Below, piece by piece: positions 17,622-27,208 of a stretch of DNA of 45,453 nucleotides. The notes below the pieces were generated by a model. The model had not been told where the DNA came from. It saw only the letters and a list, made by a program, of their open reading frames with translations, and made no database searches. The stretch is from sequence record OR911938.1. One strand, given 5' to 3'. This DNA is from Escherichia phage vB_EcoS_SD276. Both the position numbers and the translations under genes were made by a program. Numbering within the stretch: position 1 is the stretch's first letter; each line of letters begins with the position of its first letter.

Positions 17622-20600
17622 CGATTATTTACGACGTCACGGGCCATAAAGGCGGCGGCGGCAAACAGCACACCCCACAGGAGACGCCAGATAGCCTGCA
17701 TTCGCTGGCTAAAATCCGCATCTTGCTTGCGCTGGGAGAAGGTGAGTTCGAAGGTATTCCAGACCCTAACGAATTACGGCGGCGCGTATATCTGGACGGA
17801 ACACCGATCCAGAACGCAGACCTGTCAGAAAACTTCCCCGGAGCGCGTGTGGAGTTCCGCCCAGGCACACAGCACCAGGATGTGATCCACGGATTTTCAG
17901 CGGTGGAAAGTGAGCAATCTGTCGGCGTAAAACTGGAAAACGGCACGCCGTGGGTGCGCCAGATTAACGATACCAGTCTGGACGCCGTTCGCATTCGCAT
18001 CGGCATTCCGGCCCTGTACACTAACGAAGATAATGGCGACCTGGTGGGCGGGCGCATCGACTATAAGATCGTTGTGTATACGGATAACGCCGACCCGCGT
18101 GAGTTCAGATTCGCCGCCGTTGGTAAAACAATGTCGCTATATGAGCGCGACCACCGCATCGAATTACCGCCGAACGTGAATACCGGCTGGCGAGTGGAGG
18201 TGCACCGCATAACGGCAGACTCCACATCTGCGAAAGTGGTTAATGATATCCGTGTGCAATCCATCACGGAGATTATCGACGCCCGCCTGCGTTACCCGCT
18301 AACCGCGCTGTTGTTTGTGGAGTTCGACGCTAAAGCGTTCCAGAACATCCCGCGCGTATCCATTAAGTGCAAAGGTCGCAAGGTGTTGATCCCGAACAAC
18401 TACGACCCGATTAATCATACCTATTCCGGTGACTGGGACGGCACGTTTAAACGCGCATGGACGGATAACCCTGCGTGGCACTGGTATGATATTTGTATTA
18501 CTGAGCGCTTCGGCCTCGGTCGGCGTATCAAACCGCAAATGCTAAACCGATACGCGCTCTACCAGATTGCGCAGCGCTGCGATCAGTTGGTCAGCGACGG
18601 CAACGGTGGTCGAGAAATCCGCTTTAAGAATGATATGTACATTCAGTCACAGACGGATGCCTGGACCGTGCTTAAGGATTTAGCCGCCATCTTCGCCGGA
18701 ATGACCTGGTGGGGCAACCAGATGTTGAATATCGTCAGTGACCAACCGGTCGCAGCAGTGTCGCACACTATCACCAACGCATCTGTTATTGATGGGCGAT
18801 TCGACTACGCATCTGGCAGCCAGAAAACTCGCTATTCCACATTCGCGGTAGCATACGGCAATCCGAAAAACCACTACGATGACGCCATCGCAACGGGCCA
18901 GCGCGTCGAACTGGTGCGCCGCCATAAGATTAACCGTCTTGATATTACGGCGATCGGCTGTACGCGCGAGTCAGAAGCGCAACGCCGGGGGCACTGGGCG
19001 CTAATCTCAAACCAGCTTGACCAGCAAGTTAGTTTTAAGGTTGGCATGGAGGGGTTATTCTTTATCCCAGGTAGCGTAGTCGCGATCGCAGATACAAACA
19101 TTTCTGGCGGATTCGAGACTCGCGGCGGTCGGCTGTTGTCGGACCCTGGAACGCGTACCGTGCTGAACACGGACAGCGAAATCACGTTCCGCCCTGGCGA
19201 TAAGTTCCTGGTGCGCACCGATAGCGGTAATGTGGAGACTCGCGAAATCGCCAGCGTCAACGGCAACAAGGTCACTCTAAAAACCGCACTGGATGCCGAC
19301 CCGATTCCAGACCAACCGTTTTGCGTTGATGGCGACGATATCCAGTTGCAGAAATTCCGCATCACCGATCTGGAGTATGACGACTCTACGAGCACTTTCT
19401 CGGTGCGCGGGATTGAGTACAACGATAGCAAGTATGATGCCGTTGATAATGGCGCGCGCCTTGACCCAGGCATCTTTACGCAAGTACCAGACGGGGTAAT
19501 GAAGGGGCCGGAATCCGTGACCATCACCCCGTCGCAGATTTCATCGCAAGGACAGCTAATCACCAACGTGGATATTGTTTTCCCGCCGGTGAAGGACGCC
19601 GTGGTGTATGAAATCCAGTGGAGGCGTACTAGCCTGCAGAATATGGAGATCCAGTGGGGTAACGACTGGGTGAATATCCCTCGCACGGCGTCGAATGGGG
19701 CGCACATCCCTAACGTGTTCTCCGGTAACTATCAGGCACGCGTCCGCGCAATTGGTATGGGCGAAATCTCGTCCCCGTGGGTGTCTTCCGAGATCACGCC
19801 GGTGGAAGGTCGCCTCGGTGGGCTTAACGCACCAATCATCACCAACGCGATTTCGGGTCTGCACCAAATTTTGTGGAAGTGGAACCACAACAACGCCGCG
19901 ACGGATATCTCTTACACCGAGCTTGAAGTGCGCAAGACGGGTGCGGAGGAATGGAAGTTCCTAACCAACGTCCCATACCCGGGGGCGGAGTATGCGCAAA
20001 CGTCACTGGAGTTCGGGATCTATCAGCAGTTGCGCGCCCGTGTAGCGGATAAAATTGGCAACCTGTCGGACTGGTCGGCCCCGTTTGAAGGGCAGGTGAG
20101 CGACAAAGTTGACGAGTACATGAAGGGGCTTGATAACGAGTTCTTGACTTCCGAGGATGGTAAACACTTCCAGGAAGCTATTAACACGATCCCGCAAGGT
20201 ATCTATGAGTCTATGCTTACGGACGCCCAGCAGCTATTCAATGCCCGCGCCGAGTATAAAGGGATTTACGCGGAAATCACGGTGGCGTATAACGTGGCGG
20301 CGGACGCGCATAAAGCAGTAGCGCAACTGGAAACGTTGATCGGCACGCGCCTGGATGACGCCGAAGCATCAATCCACACGTTGCAGACTGCGCAAAGCAC
20401 ACATGAACAAGCGTTCGCCCAGTACCAGCAAACTGTTGCCGCTAAGTTTTCGGAACAGGAAGCAGCCATCCAGCAGGTACAAACGGCAACGGCGGACGTG
20501 GCTGGCGCGCTGGCGGAGTATAAGACCCAGGTCGCGGCGCAGTTCGGTCAGCAGTCCGCCGCGATCGAGCAGAAGATGACGTCTTCGTTTAACCATGCGG

Positions 20601-21064
20601 GTGGCAGCGCCACGTACAGTCTTAAGGCTGGCGTGACGTATAACGGGACTTACTATGACGCCGGTATGCAGCTTTCAGTTGTGACGTCTGGCAACGCAGT
20701 TAAATCGCGTATTGCGTTCAAAGCAGACCAGTTCTATATCATGCACCCATCTAATGGGTCGCTTTCGTCCGCGTTTATCGTTGACGGCGGGCAGGTGTAC
20801 ATCGACACGGCACGCATCAAGGATGCGTCAATCAACTTTGCACAGATCACGGACACGCTTCAATCAAATAACTTCGCTTCCGGGTCACGCGGCTGGCGTA
20901 TCCAGAAAGGCGGCGCTGCGGAGTTTAACGAGGTAACGGTCCGCGGCAACCTGTACGCCACATCCGGTAACTTCGGATTCTCTGGTGGGACCGTGACGAT
21001 TGACAAGACAGGAGTAAACGTGCCGTTACCTGGCGGGGGAAGGGTGAAAGTCGGGACGTGGTAA
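17618..21064 (+). CDS. central tail fibre / host specificity protein J-like
   Basis: 1148 aa, largest tail tip ORF after I-like gene; followed by terminator hairpin. Confidence 0.8.
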   Translation: MTIIYDVTGHKGGGGKQHTPQETPDSLHSLAKIRILLALGEGEFEGIPDPNELRRRVYLDGTPIQNADLSENFPGARVEFRPGTQHQDVIHGFSAVESEQSVGVKLENGTPWVRQINDTSLDAVRIRIGIPALYTNEDNGDLVGGRIDYKIVVYTDNADPREFRFAAVGKTMSLYERDHRIELPPNVNTGWRVEVHRITADSTSAKVVNDIRVQSITEIIDARLRYPLTALLFVEFDAKAFQNIPRVSIKCKGRKVLIPNNYDPINHTYSGDWDGTFKRAWTDNPAWHWYDICITERFGLGRRIKPQMLNRYALYQIAQRCDQLVSDGNGGREIRFKNDMYIQSQTDAWTVLKDLAAIFAGMTWWGNQMLNIVSDQPVAAVSHTITNASVIDGRFDYASGSQKTRYSTFAVAYGNPKNHYDDAIATGQRVELVRRHKINRLDITAIGCTRESEAQRRGHWALISNQLDQQVSFKVGMEGLFFIPGSVVAIADTNISGGFETRGGRLLSDPGTRTVLNTDSEITFRPGDKFLVRTDSGNVETREIASVNGNKVTLKTALDADPIPDQPFCVDGDDIQLQKFRITDLEYDDSTSTFSVRGIEYNDSKYDAVDNGARLDPGIFTQVPDGVMKGPESVTITPSQISSQGQLITNVDIVFPPVKDAVVYEIQWRRTSLQNMEIQWGNDWVNIPRTASNGAHIPNVFSGNYQARVRAIGMGEISSPWVSSEITPVEGRLGGLNAPIITNAISGLHQILWKWNHNNAATDISYTELEVRKTGAEEWKFLTNVPYPGAEYAQTSLEFGIYQQLRARVADKIGNLSDWSAPFEGQVSDKVDEYMKGLDNEFLTSEDGKHFQEAINTIPQGIYESMLTDAQQLFNARAEYKGIYAEITVAYNVAADAHKAVAQLETLIGTRLDDAEASIHTLQTAQSTHEQAFAQYQQTVAAKFSEQEAAIQQVQTATADVAGALAEYKTQVAAQFGQQSAAIEQKMTSSFNHAGGSATYSLKAGVTYNGTYYDAGMQLSVVTSGNAVKSRIAFKADQFYIMHPSNGSLSSAFIVDGGQVYIDTARIKDASINFAQITDTLQSNNFASGSRGWRIQKGGAAEFNEVTVRGNLYATSGNFGFSGGTVTIDKTGVNVPLPGGGRVKVGTW

Positions 21065-21069
21065 ATGCG

Positions 21070-21093
21070 ATGGGGCCATCTGGCCCCATTTTC
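21070..21093. terminator. terminator hairpin between convergent J-like and antisense genes
   Basis: ATGGGGCC-ATCT-GGCCCCAT followed by TTTTC. Confidence 0.55.
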
Positions 21094-22057
21094 AATACAT
21101 ATTCGGGATGACGAGTAGCGGTGTTGGTACTGCAATATTTTTACCTGGCATCTGGAATTGCTGCCGCGAGTAGTTGCCGATGACGCGGTTTTTAGCGACG
21201 CGCACATTATTACCCGCCATGCGTATGCCGTTCATGCGGACGTGGTTATAGCCACCGTTGTTCTGAATCAGTGCTCCGGTGTATGAAAGCTGGATCAGGC
21301 GGTTTCCAATATTCTGGTCGCCCGTTCCGATGTTAATAGTGCGGTCATATACGAACGGCTTGTTCACCGTCGAGAACGTGACCTGATTCTGGTTATTCGT
21401 CATGGTGATCCCTGCCCCTGGCGTGGGTGGTGTGTTGTTGAATATCACCAAATCCATGTCCACCGAAGCCGCCACATCGTCGATGCCACCGTAGGACGCG
21501 TTGCGGACGATAATACTGCCGCCATCGAAGCCTACTGATACGTTGCCATCATCCCATCGGGCGAACGGAACACCGCCAACCGGCAAGGCCATACTACCGT
21601 TGACGCGCACGCGCTGTGCGTATCGGCAGGTCATTAGCTTAGACACGTTGGATATGGCGGTGAAGTCCGTCGAGTTGGCCACCAGTAAACCTGCGTTGCG
21701 CGACCCAACCGGCAGCACTTCCATTATGACGCCAGCCCATTGTGGTAAACCGGAGTACGCGCCATACGCATCCTCCCCGCGCAGGGTGATACCACTATTA
21801 CCGTTGCGAGTAACCGACGTAACGTAAAACGGGTCGGGAATTACCAGGGTCTGGTCAAACACCTCAATCACCTCTACCGGGCGAGTTAGCGCTACGATTA
21901 CCCGCGACCCATCCGTAAGCGGGGTGTTAATGGTTAGCGTCTTGTTGGACTGTGCCCGCTGGTTAAAGCTGGTGCAGAATGACGGCGCGCGGAGTCCAGC
22001 GGTTATCTCCATTACCGGCCTGCCATCGTTATAGTCGATAAGTATTCCAGCGCCCAT
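21092..22057 (-). CDS. hypothetical beta-rich protein, candidate receptor-binding protein (start could be GTG 22066)
   Basis: Antisense ORF downstream of J-like gene, translationally coupled to an upstream lipoprotein gene (TAATAATG overlap); Asn/Gly/Thr/Val-rich. Confidence 0.45.
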   Translation of the reverse strand: MGAGILIDYNDGRPVMEITAGLRAPSFCTSFNQRAQSNKTLTINTPLTDGSRVIVALTRPVEVIEVFDQTLVIPDPFYVTSVTRNGNSGITLRGEDAYGAYSGLPQWAGVIMEVLPVGSRNAGLLVANSTDFTAISNVSKLMTCRYAQRVRVNGSMALPVGGVPFARWDDGNVSVGFDGGSIIVRNASYGGIDDVAASVDMDLVIFNNTPPTPGAGITMTNNQNQVTFSTVNKPFVYDRTINIGTGDQNIGNRLIQLSYTGALIQNNGGYNHVRMNGIRMAGNNVRVAKNRVIGNYSRQQFQMPGKNIAVPTPLLVIPNMY

Positions 22058-22059
22058 TA

Positions 22060-22281
22060 TTACCACTCCCGTGATTTAACTGATACTGTGCCTGAGAAGT
22101 TGCCGTCGCTATCGGAGGACAGCCCAGTGAATCGCATGTCTACATCTCCTGCCGGTACTTTTTGCCCGTCAACGTAGCGCAACATGCAGCTACCGTAAGC
22201 AACCGTAACGCAATCTCCGTTGTTGCGTTCTACGGCGCAACCGGACAAAAGGACCGCACAAATCATAATTAAAGTTTTCAT
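22060..22281 (-). CDS. small lipoprotein, candidate superinfection-exclusion (Cor/Llp-like) protein
   Basis: 73 aa; signal peptide MKTLIMICAVLLSGC with lipobox; own promoter-like element upstream; located next to tail fibre genes. Confidence 0.55.
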   Translation of the reverse strand: MKTLIMICAVLLSGCAVERNNGDCVTVAYGSCMLRYVDGQKVPAGDVDMRFTGLSSDSDGNFSGTVSVKSREW

Positions 22282-22312
22282 GGTATCATCTCCTATATTT
22301 GGTTGAGTTTTA

Positions 22313-22340
22313 GTATTACACCGCTCAACCAGGATTGCAA
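22313..22340 (-). promoter_or_regulatory. promoter-like element upstream of lipoprotein gene (TTGCAA-N16-TAATAC)
   Basis: Hexamers on minus strand with TTGGTTGCAA motif. Confidence 0.35.
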
Positions 22341-22360
22341 CCAATTAAGAGGATTTAGCT

Positions 22361-24787
22361 ATGGCAGCGGGTACGCTATCCGTAACGAACAACAGCAAGG
22401 CGGTAGTAGGGGTTGGCACAACGTTTACCGCGTTTAAAGCAGGCGACTTTTTAACGCTGGTGGTAGGACAAGTCCCCTACACCGTAGCGATCGCGTCCAT
22501 TGAAAGCGCAACCGCGCTCACGCTGGTGTTACCGTTCGACGGCCCAACGGCAACCGGCCTTGCGTGGGACGGCGTTAAACGCGATACCATGTCACTGGCA
22601 ACGATGGGCGTTACCGTACAGGCACAGAAAGCGTTGCGATTGATGATCGCAGATGAAAACAACTGGCGCGCTATCTTCGGCGAAGAAGAAGAAATCTCGG
22701 TCACGCTACCGAACGGTCAAGTGGTGCAGGGTATGTCGTGGGGCTACCTGTCAAAACTGCTTAAAGACGTAGATCCTGTTGAATTGCAGGCTATCGCGGA
22801 CCGGACCATCACGGCTAAAAACCAGGCGCAAGGATTCCGTAACGAGGCGGAAGGCTTCAAGAACACCGCGAATACCGCGAAAGATGCCGCAGTAGCTGCG
22901 AAGACCGCGGCTGAAACGGCGCAGGGTAAAGCCGAGACAGCTAAAACGGCAGCAGAGTCCGCGAAGACTGCCGCCGAAACAGCTAAATCGCAGGCCGTAA
23001 CCGCTAAAGACCAGGCCAAAGGATTTCGCGACGAGGCTGAAGGCTTCGCAAACAGCGCGGACGCGTCAAAGAAAGTGCCGTATGCTGGCGTGGATATTGG
23101 AACGCCTGCTGGCATTAGGGATATGCTCAAGACGCTACGTGATACGGTCAAAGGTGGCTTTTGGCGGGTAACGAACTCGACGCAGTTCCCGGCTGGCGAA
23201 CTGACCCCCGGTAGCTATGGGCCTGGTGTGTGTGGTGGGGCGGGCGATACTTTCTTTGCAATCAACGTTGACTATCAAACCTCTCGCGTCAAAGTTTACG
23301 CTGGAAACAATGCCGCGATTAACGGCTCTTCGGGGAATGTGAGCGCCGTCGAACTAGCAAGGCTGGGTGCTAACGGGGACGTGGCGTTAGCGGACGGCGG
23401 GACCGGTGCATCGAACGACCAGGACGCGAGAAAAAACCTTCAGGCAATGCACGAGCGACAGGCATCGTTGGGTACTGAAGATCTTAACGAATTGAAAGGG
23501 GATAAGGCTGGATTTTACTTTCAGTCCATGTCGGCGAACGCCACCCCTGAGCGTAACTATCCAGTCGCCACGGCTGGTTGCTTGCTGGTGCAGCGTACTG
23601 GTGCTAACGTCGCGACAAGCTGCGTGCAGACTTTCACATCATACTTAGACGGGCGTCGGTGGATGCGCTGGATTAGCAACGGGGCAACTGGCACCTGGTC
23701 GCAGTGGTACGAACTGTATAACGCGGGGTCGTCGCCGACTTTTTCTGGGGTGGTCGCTGGCTCTTCGGTGGAGGCTAGAGGGAACGAAAAGCGCGCAGTT
23801 CTTCGCACCTGGCCTAATGATGTATCTGTTTCCAACTCGGCATCTAATAAATTCTTGCAATTAAGGGACAATGGTGAGCTTGCATATGACAACAAGCTGA
23901 TCGCGTATAATGGCCTTGTAGCAAGCGGCTCATTTTATATGCAAGTTCCGAGCATTAAGGTTAATACCGCTAATGGTGGCTTCCGTATCGACGGAACAAC
24001 GGCAACAAACGACCAACCACTGCACGTAACAGGCTACAACTCCGCAGGTACGCGTCTTTGGTTTTTAGGGAAGGACACTGGGGCGAACGCGCTATTCCTG
24101 AACGATGTTACATCGTCTAAGGTTGATCTGATCACAGACGGCGTTGTGCTTGGTACAAAGAATTTTGCGGGCAAGGCATACGTCCAGGCCGCAAGTTTGG
24201 AGATCGACCGTCCGAGCGGAAAGTATTTCAAAATGATGAACAACGGCGACTCGTCGCACCCCGCAACCTTCAAATTGTGGGGTAACGGGTCAGATCGCCC
24301 GGCGGTTATTGAGTTTGGGTTTGACGATGGTCCGGGGTGGCTTTTTTACGCCCAGTATAATAGCAACGGCACGCGTCAGATGAACGTTAACGGAACGGTA
24401 AACTGTACGACGGTAAACCAGTCTTCTGACCGCGAGTTGAAGGATAACATCAAGCCGATCGAGAACGCCCGCGCGGGCCTTGCTAAGATGGGTGGTTATA
24501 CCTACACCCTGAAAAAAGACGGTATGCCGTACGCCGGGGTGATTGCACAGGAAGTAATGGACGTTGTGCCGGAAGCCGTGAGCACGTTTGAGGACTACGA
24601 ATACCTTGCGGGGCCAACGCAAGACGGCGAGGAACTGGTAGGGCGTCAGCGCTTCTTCCAGGTGGATTATGGTGCTATTGCTGCATACGCGGTGCAAGTG
24701 TGTAAAGAGCAGGAAGAGGAACTGGTGTCTTTGCGTAGCGAACTGGAGGAATTGAAAGCTGCCGTAGCGGCACTGACTAAAGCATAA
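22361..24787 (+). CDS. lateral (L-shaped-type) tail fibre with C-terminal intramolecular chaperone (peptidase S74-like) domain
   Basis: 808 aa; internal Ala/Lys/Thr repeats (AKTAAETAK...); C-terminal region with conserved S...K motif and terminal coiled coil EEELVSLRSELEELKAAVAAL typical of autoproteolytic chaperone domains. Confidence 0.7.
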   Translation: MAAGTLSVTNNSKAVVGVGTTFTAFKAGDFLTLVVGQVPYTVAIASIESATALTLVLPFDGPTATGLAWDGVKRDTMSLATMGVTVQAQKALRLMIADENNWRAIFGEEEEISVTLPNGQVVQGMSWGYLSKLLKDVDPVELQAIADRTITAKNQAQGFRNEAEGFKNTANTAKDAAVAAKTAAETAQGKAETAKTAAESAKTAAETAKSQAVTAKDQAKGFRDEAEGFANSADASKKVPYAGVDIGTPAGIRDMLKTLRDTVKGGFWRVTNSTQFPAGELTPGSYGPGVCGGAGDTFFAINVDYQTSRVKVYAGNNAAINGSSGNVSAVELARLGANGDVALADGGTGASNDQDARKNLQAMHERQASLGTEDLNELKGDKAGFYFQSMSANATPERNYPVATAGCLLVQRTGANVATSCVQTFTSYLDGRRWMRWISNGATGTWSQWYELYNAGSSPTFSGVVAGSSVEARGNEKRAVLRTWPNDVSVSNSASNKFLQLRDNGELAYDNKLIAYNGLVASGSFYMQVPSIKVNTANGGFRIDGTTATNDQPLHVTGYNSAGTRLWFLGKDTGANALFLNDVTSSKVDLITDGVVLGTKNFAGKAYVQAASLEIDRPSGKYFKMMNNGDSSHPATFKLWGNGSDRPAVIEFGFDDGPGWLFYAQYNSNGTRQMNVNGTVNCTTVNQSSDRELKDNIKPIENARAGLAKMGGYTYTLKKDGMPYAGVIAQEVMDVVPEAVSTFEDYEYLAGPTQDGEELVGRQRFFQVDYGAIAAYAVQVCKEQEEELVSLRSELEELKAAVAALTKA

Positions 24788-24793
24788 CGAAAA

Positions 24794-24815
24794 GGGGCCG
24801 TATGGCCCCTTTTTT
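24794..24815. terminator. bidirectional intrinsic terminator between lateral fibre and leftward operon
   Basis: GGGGCC-GTAT-GGCCCC flanked by A-run and T-run. Confidence 0.7.
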
Positions 24816-25390
24816 CAGTTTGCGTTTTCCCAGTCCATTTTGCGCCTCACCAGCGGGCTTTCGTAGTATTCCTTACCTTCGACTTCCACTAAAGGCCAAT
24901 CGTTCACGATCACGTATGGCTCTGCTATATCCTCAATCACACCGTGCGCGCTATGCTGCCCGAACGACACACCGACCAGAATAACACCGGCAACGCGACG
25001 GGTCAGATACTCGCGAGCGCAACGGGCCTCTACCAGTCCGCGACGTATGCCGCTGGTGGCTTTAACCTCGTATGTCCATACGGCATCGATCGTATGTTCG
25101 CGGAAGTCAGGGCCGGACTTAACCTTGCGCTTGCCTACCATGATAATATCGCCGCGGTCAATGGTATTAGCGCTAAACAGGCCGGTACGCATTAGCAAAC
25201 CTTGCGGGATACAGCTACGCCCGCCCGCCTGCCCTTCGAGGTACATGCCTGCAAACATTTCGCCCAGCACACCGACGAGTCTGCTTTGCTTGCACGCGTC
25301 GGACTTTAAGCGCCACTGTTCAAACTCGATGCTTGCAATCATTGCCGCCAGGTGGAATTGTTTACCGGTTATTTCATATTCGCCGTACAT
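24815..25390 (-). CDS. hypothetical protein, possible PD-(D/E)xK-type nuclease fold
   Basis: 191 aa; motif D-x5-E-V-K (DAVWTYEVK); last gene of the leftward operon, ends at bidirectional terminator. Confidence 0.4.
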   Translation of the reverse strand: MYGEYEITGKQFHLAAMIASIEFEQWRLKSDACKQSRLVGVLGEMFAGMYLEGQAGGRSCIPQGLLMRTGLFSANTIDRGDIIMVGKRKVKSGPDFREHTIDAVWTYEVKATSGIRRGLVEARCAREYLTRRVAGVILVGVSFGQHSAHGVIEDIAEPYVIVNDWPLVEVEGKEYYESPLVRRKMDWENAN

Positions 25391-25432
25391 TATGAATCCC
25401 TCATTGATGCGGGCCGAAGCCCGCGATTAGAA

Positions 25433-25987
25433 TTATTTCAGTGCACCAGTCACCAGTGTTTTTTCCATGTTACGGAAATCTTCCTGCGTCATGCAGATTT
25501 TCGATCCGTCTTCGCCGGTGAGCACGACCATAGGCTGGACGTCCTGGGCTACAACTCCAAAATTGGCGGCCCTAACAGTCTTGCCGAACGAGGCCACCGT
25601 GTCCTCTGCAACGCGAATTGCGCTGTTATACGCATTAATCTCGCCGTCCAGGCGCACTGACAGGCCTTTGAGGCTATCGTATTGCGCTGCCGTTGTATCG
25701 ATCTGAATCTCGTCATGCACGGTCATGTAAGACTCGCCCAGCAGGGCGGCATACGCCACCAGATCCACGATGTTATCTTCCTGGTGCTTACGGTGCTGGC
25801 GCACCAGCTTCAGGCAGATCAGGAAAGTCCAGGCTTCTTGCTCGGTAAGGTCGCGCCCGGTAAGCGCGTTAAACACGGCGGCGACCTGTTTAGCGCTGCG
25901 TTCTTCTTTCGCGTTGTCATAGCCGTTTTCTTTTCCGCGCTGTTCCATAGTGGTGGCGGCGTTTTTGCAGTATTCGTATGCTTTCAC
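25433..25987 (-). CDS. hypothetical protein (184 aa; GTG start)
   Basis: ORF preceded by sigma70-like promoter (26034-26063) and leader hairpin. Confidence 0.5.
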   Translation of the reverse strand: MKAYEYCKNAATTMEQRGKENGYDNAKEERSAKQVAAVFNALTGRDLTEQEAWTFLICLKLVRQHRKHQEDNIVDLVAYAALLGESYMTVHDEIQIDTTAAQYDSLKGLSVRLDGEINAYNSAIRVAEDTVASFGKTVRAANFGVVAQDVQPMVVLTGEDGSKICMTQEDFRNMEKTLVTGALK

Positions 25988-26033
25988 AGTATTACCCTTT
26001 TAGCGAGGGGGCGGTATTGCCCCCGACACGTTT

Positions 26034-26063
26034 ACTATAGTGCAACCAACCTATTGGTTGCAA
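26034..26063 (-). promoter_or_regulatory. sigma70-like promoter (TTGCAA-N18-TATAGT)
   Basis: Hexamers on minus strand, GGTTGC boxes in spacer, followed by leader hairpin. Confidence 0.5.
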
Positions 26064-26521
26064 GTGAATTTTGCAACGTTTATTGCGTAAATTTTCGGGA
26101 CCAAATCACCACACGCCCGACGAATCGCCGCGATGTTCTTCTCGCAATCTTCAATGATGACCAGTTCCGATACGTCCGCGTAACAGACCATTTTGAACAC
26201 GGCGCACGCCTTAAACTCAGGCGGCGGGGTGTCGTCCAGCATGTGGCGCATAAACAACCGGCCTACTGGGAAGACCTCCAATTGCTCCGCGGTGGTGTCC
26301 CAACATTCTCGCTGCCGGTTGGTCAGATACGCGATCTCGAAGCCTTGCTCTTTATACATGCGCAACAACGGCAGCATATCCATGTTCAGGTCTTCGCGGA
26401 CGTGTGCTTTGTGCCACTTCGCCCAAAAGGTGGATTTAGTTTTTATGCCCGGCACCAGATCGGCACGCGCATCGCTTGAACCGTTAATAACGCCATCCAA
26501 ATCGCAAATCAATAATTTCAT
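26051..26521 (-). CDS. HAD-superfamily hydrolase (phosphatase-like)
   Basis: N-terminal HAD motif I LICDLDGVI and downstream acidic motif IIEDC. Confidence 0.55.
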   Translation of the reverse strand: MKLLICDLDGVINGSSDARADLVPGIKTKSTFWAKWHKAHVREDLNMDMLPLLRMYKEQGFEIAYLTNRQRECWDTTAEQLEVFPVGRLFMRHMLDDTPPPEFKACAVFKMVCYADVSELVIIEDCEKNIAAIRRACGDLVPKIYAINVAKFTCNQ

Positions 26522-26742
26522 TTTAAACTCTCAATAAGGGTGTAACGGGCGCTTCGCGCAGTAAAGGAGTTGCACACGAAATGGCAACGCTGAGTCATGA
26601 CAAGCCAACCGGTGAGGTCAAGGCCCATGATGTATTCGTGGCGAGACGCGCGCACCACACGATTGCGTCGCGGGTCAATACCGTAGTCTTTTTGCATTTG
26701 GTCTACTACCGCGGGGTCGCGGTCAACGATTAAGATATTCAA
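26518..26742 (-). CDS. hypothetical protein (74 aa)
   Basis: Overlapping start/stop with flanking genes in operon. Confidence 0.35.
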   Translation of the reverse strand: MNILIVDRDPAVVDQMQKDYGIDPRRNRVVRASRHEYIMGLDLTGWLVMTQRCHFVCNSFTARSARYTLIESLK

Positions 26743-27208
26743 GGAGTTCTCCTTCGCTCATTATTTCAATTTGTGCGCCGCCGAAGGGTGGCGCTTCGTC
26801 GAAGATTATCAATTGCTGGCACTTGTTATTGCTAGGCCCGACTTCGCCGGTGACGGCGTGTATAAATCTAATCCGCCAGTCCAGAAGAATTATCAGGTTT
26901 GCAGTCTTCCTGGCCAGCTTCGCCCACTTCGTCGACGTGTCCTGATTCAGTAGCATGACCGTCCGGCGTCCGTGCGCTGCGCACTTTACCCACGGCAGCG
27001 GATCGGAGTACGGCGGATTGCACCACTTCCACCCTTTCAACTCGGACCAGTCCACATCAAGCGCGCTGTGTTCTGCAGTGAAGTAACGCGGTAGCAGGTG
27101 GTTTGCATCGCTTGCCGCCATATCGTAACGGAATCGGTACTTCCGGCGAAGCGGTTTAAATAAAGCTGGTGGCGTGCGCCAGCTATCTTTTTGCTCACTC
27201 TTCAGCAT
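26723..27208 (-). CDS. DNA N6-adenine (or N4-cytosine) methyltransferase, phage Dam-like
   Basis: Catalytic tetrapeptide NPPY within WCNPPYSD; small size typical of phage Dam-family enzymes. Confidence 0.65.
   Translation of the reverse strand: MLKSEQKDSWRTPPALFKPLRRKYRFRYDMAASDANHLLPRYFTAEHSALDVDWSELKGWKWCNPPYSDPLPWVKCAAHGRRTVMLLNQDTSTKWAKLARKTANLIILLDWRIRFIHAVTGEVGPSNNKCQQLIIFDEAPPFGGAQIEIMSEGELLEYLNR

Noticed and set aside
18874-19707. 277-aa minus-strand ORF inside the J-like gene
   Set aside because: Antisense to a continuous 1148-aa ORF, Ser/Arg-rich low-complexity translation, no start context
25395-25432. GCGGGC-CGAA-GCCCGC hairpin as a terminator
   Set aside because: Not followed by a U-run on the minus strand; more likely an intercistronic RNA structure
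25682-26479. 265-aa plus-strand ORF spanning the HAD/unknown genes
   Set aside because: Crosses a promoter and two well-formed minus-strand genes; antisense artefact
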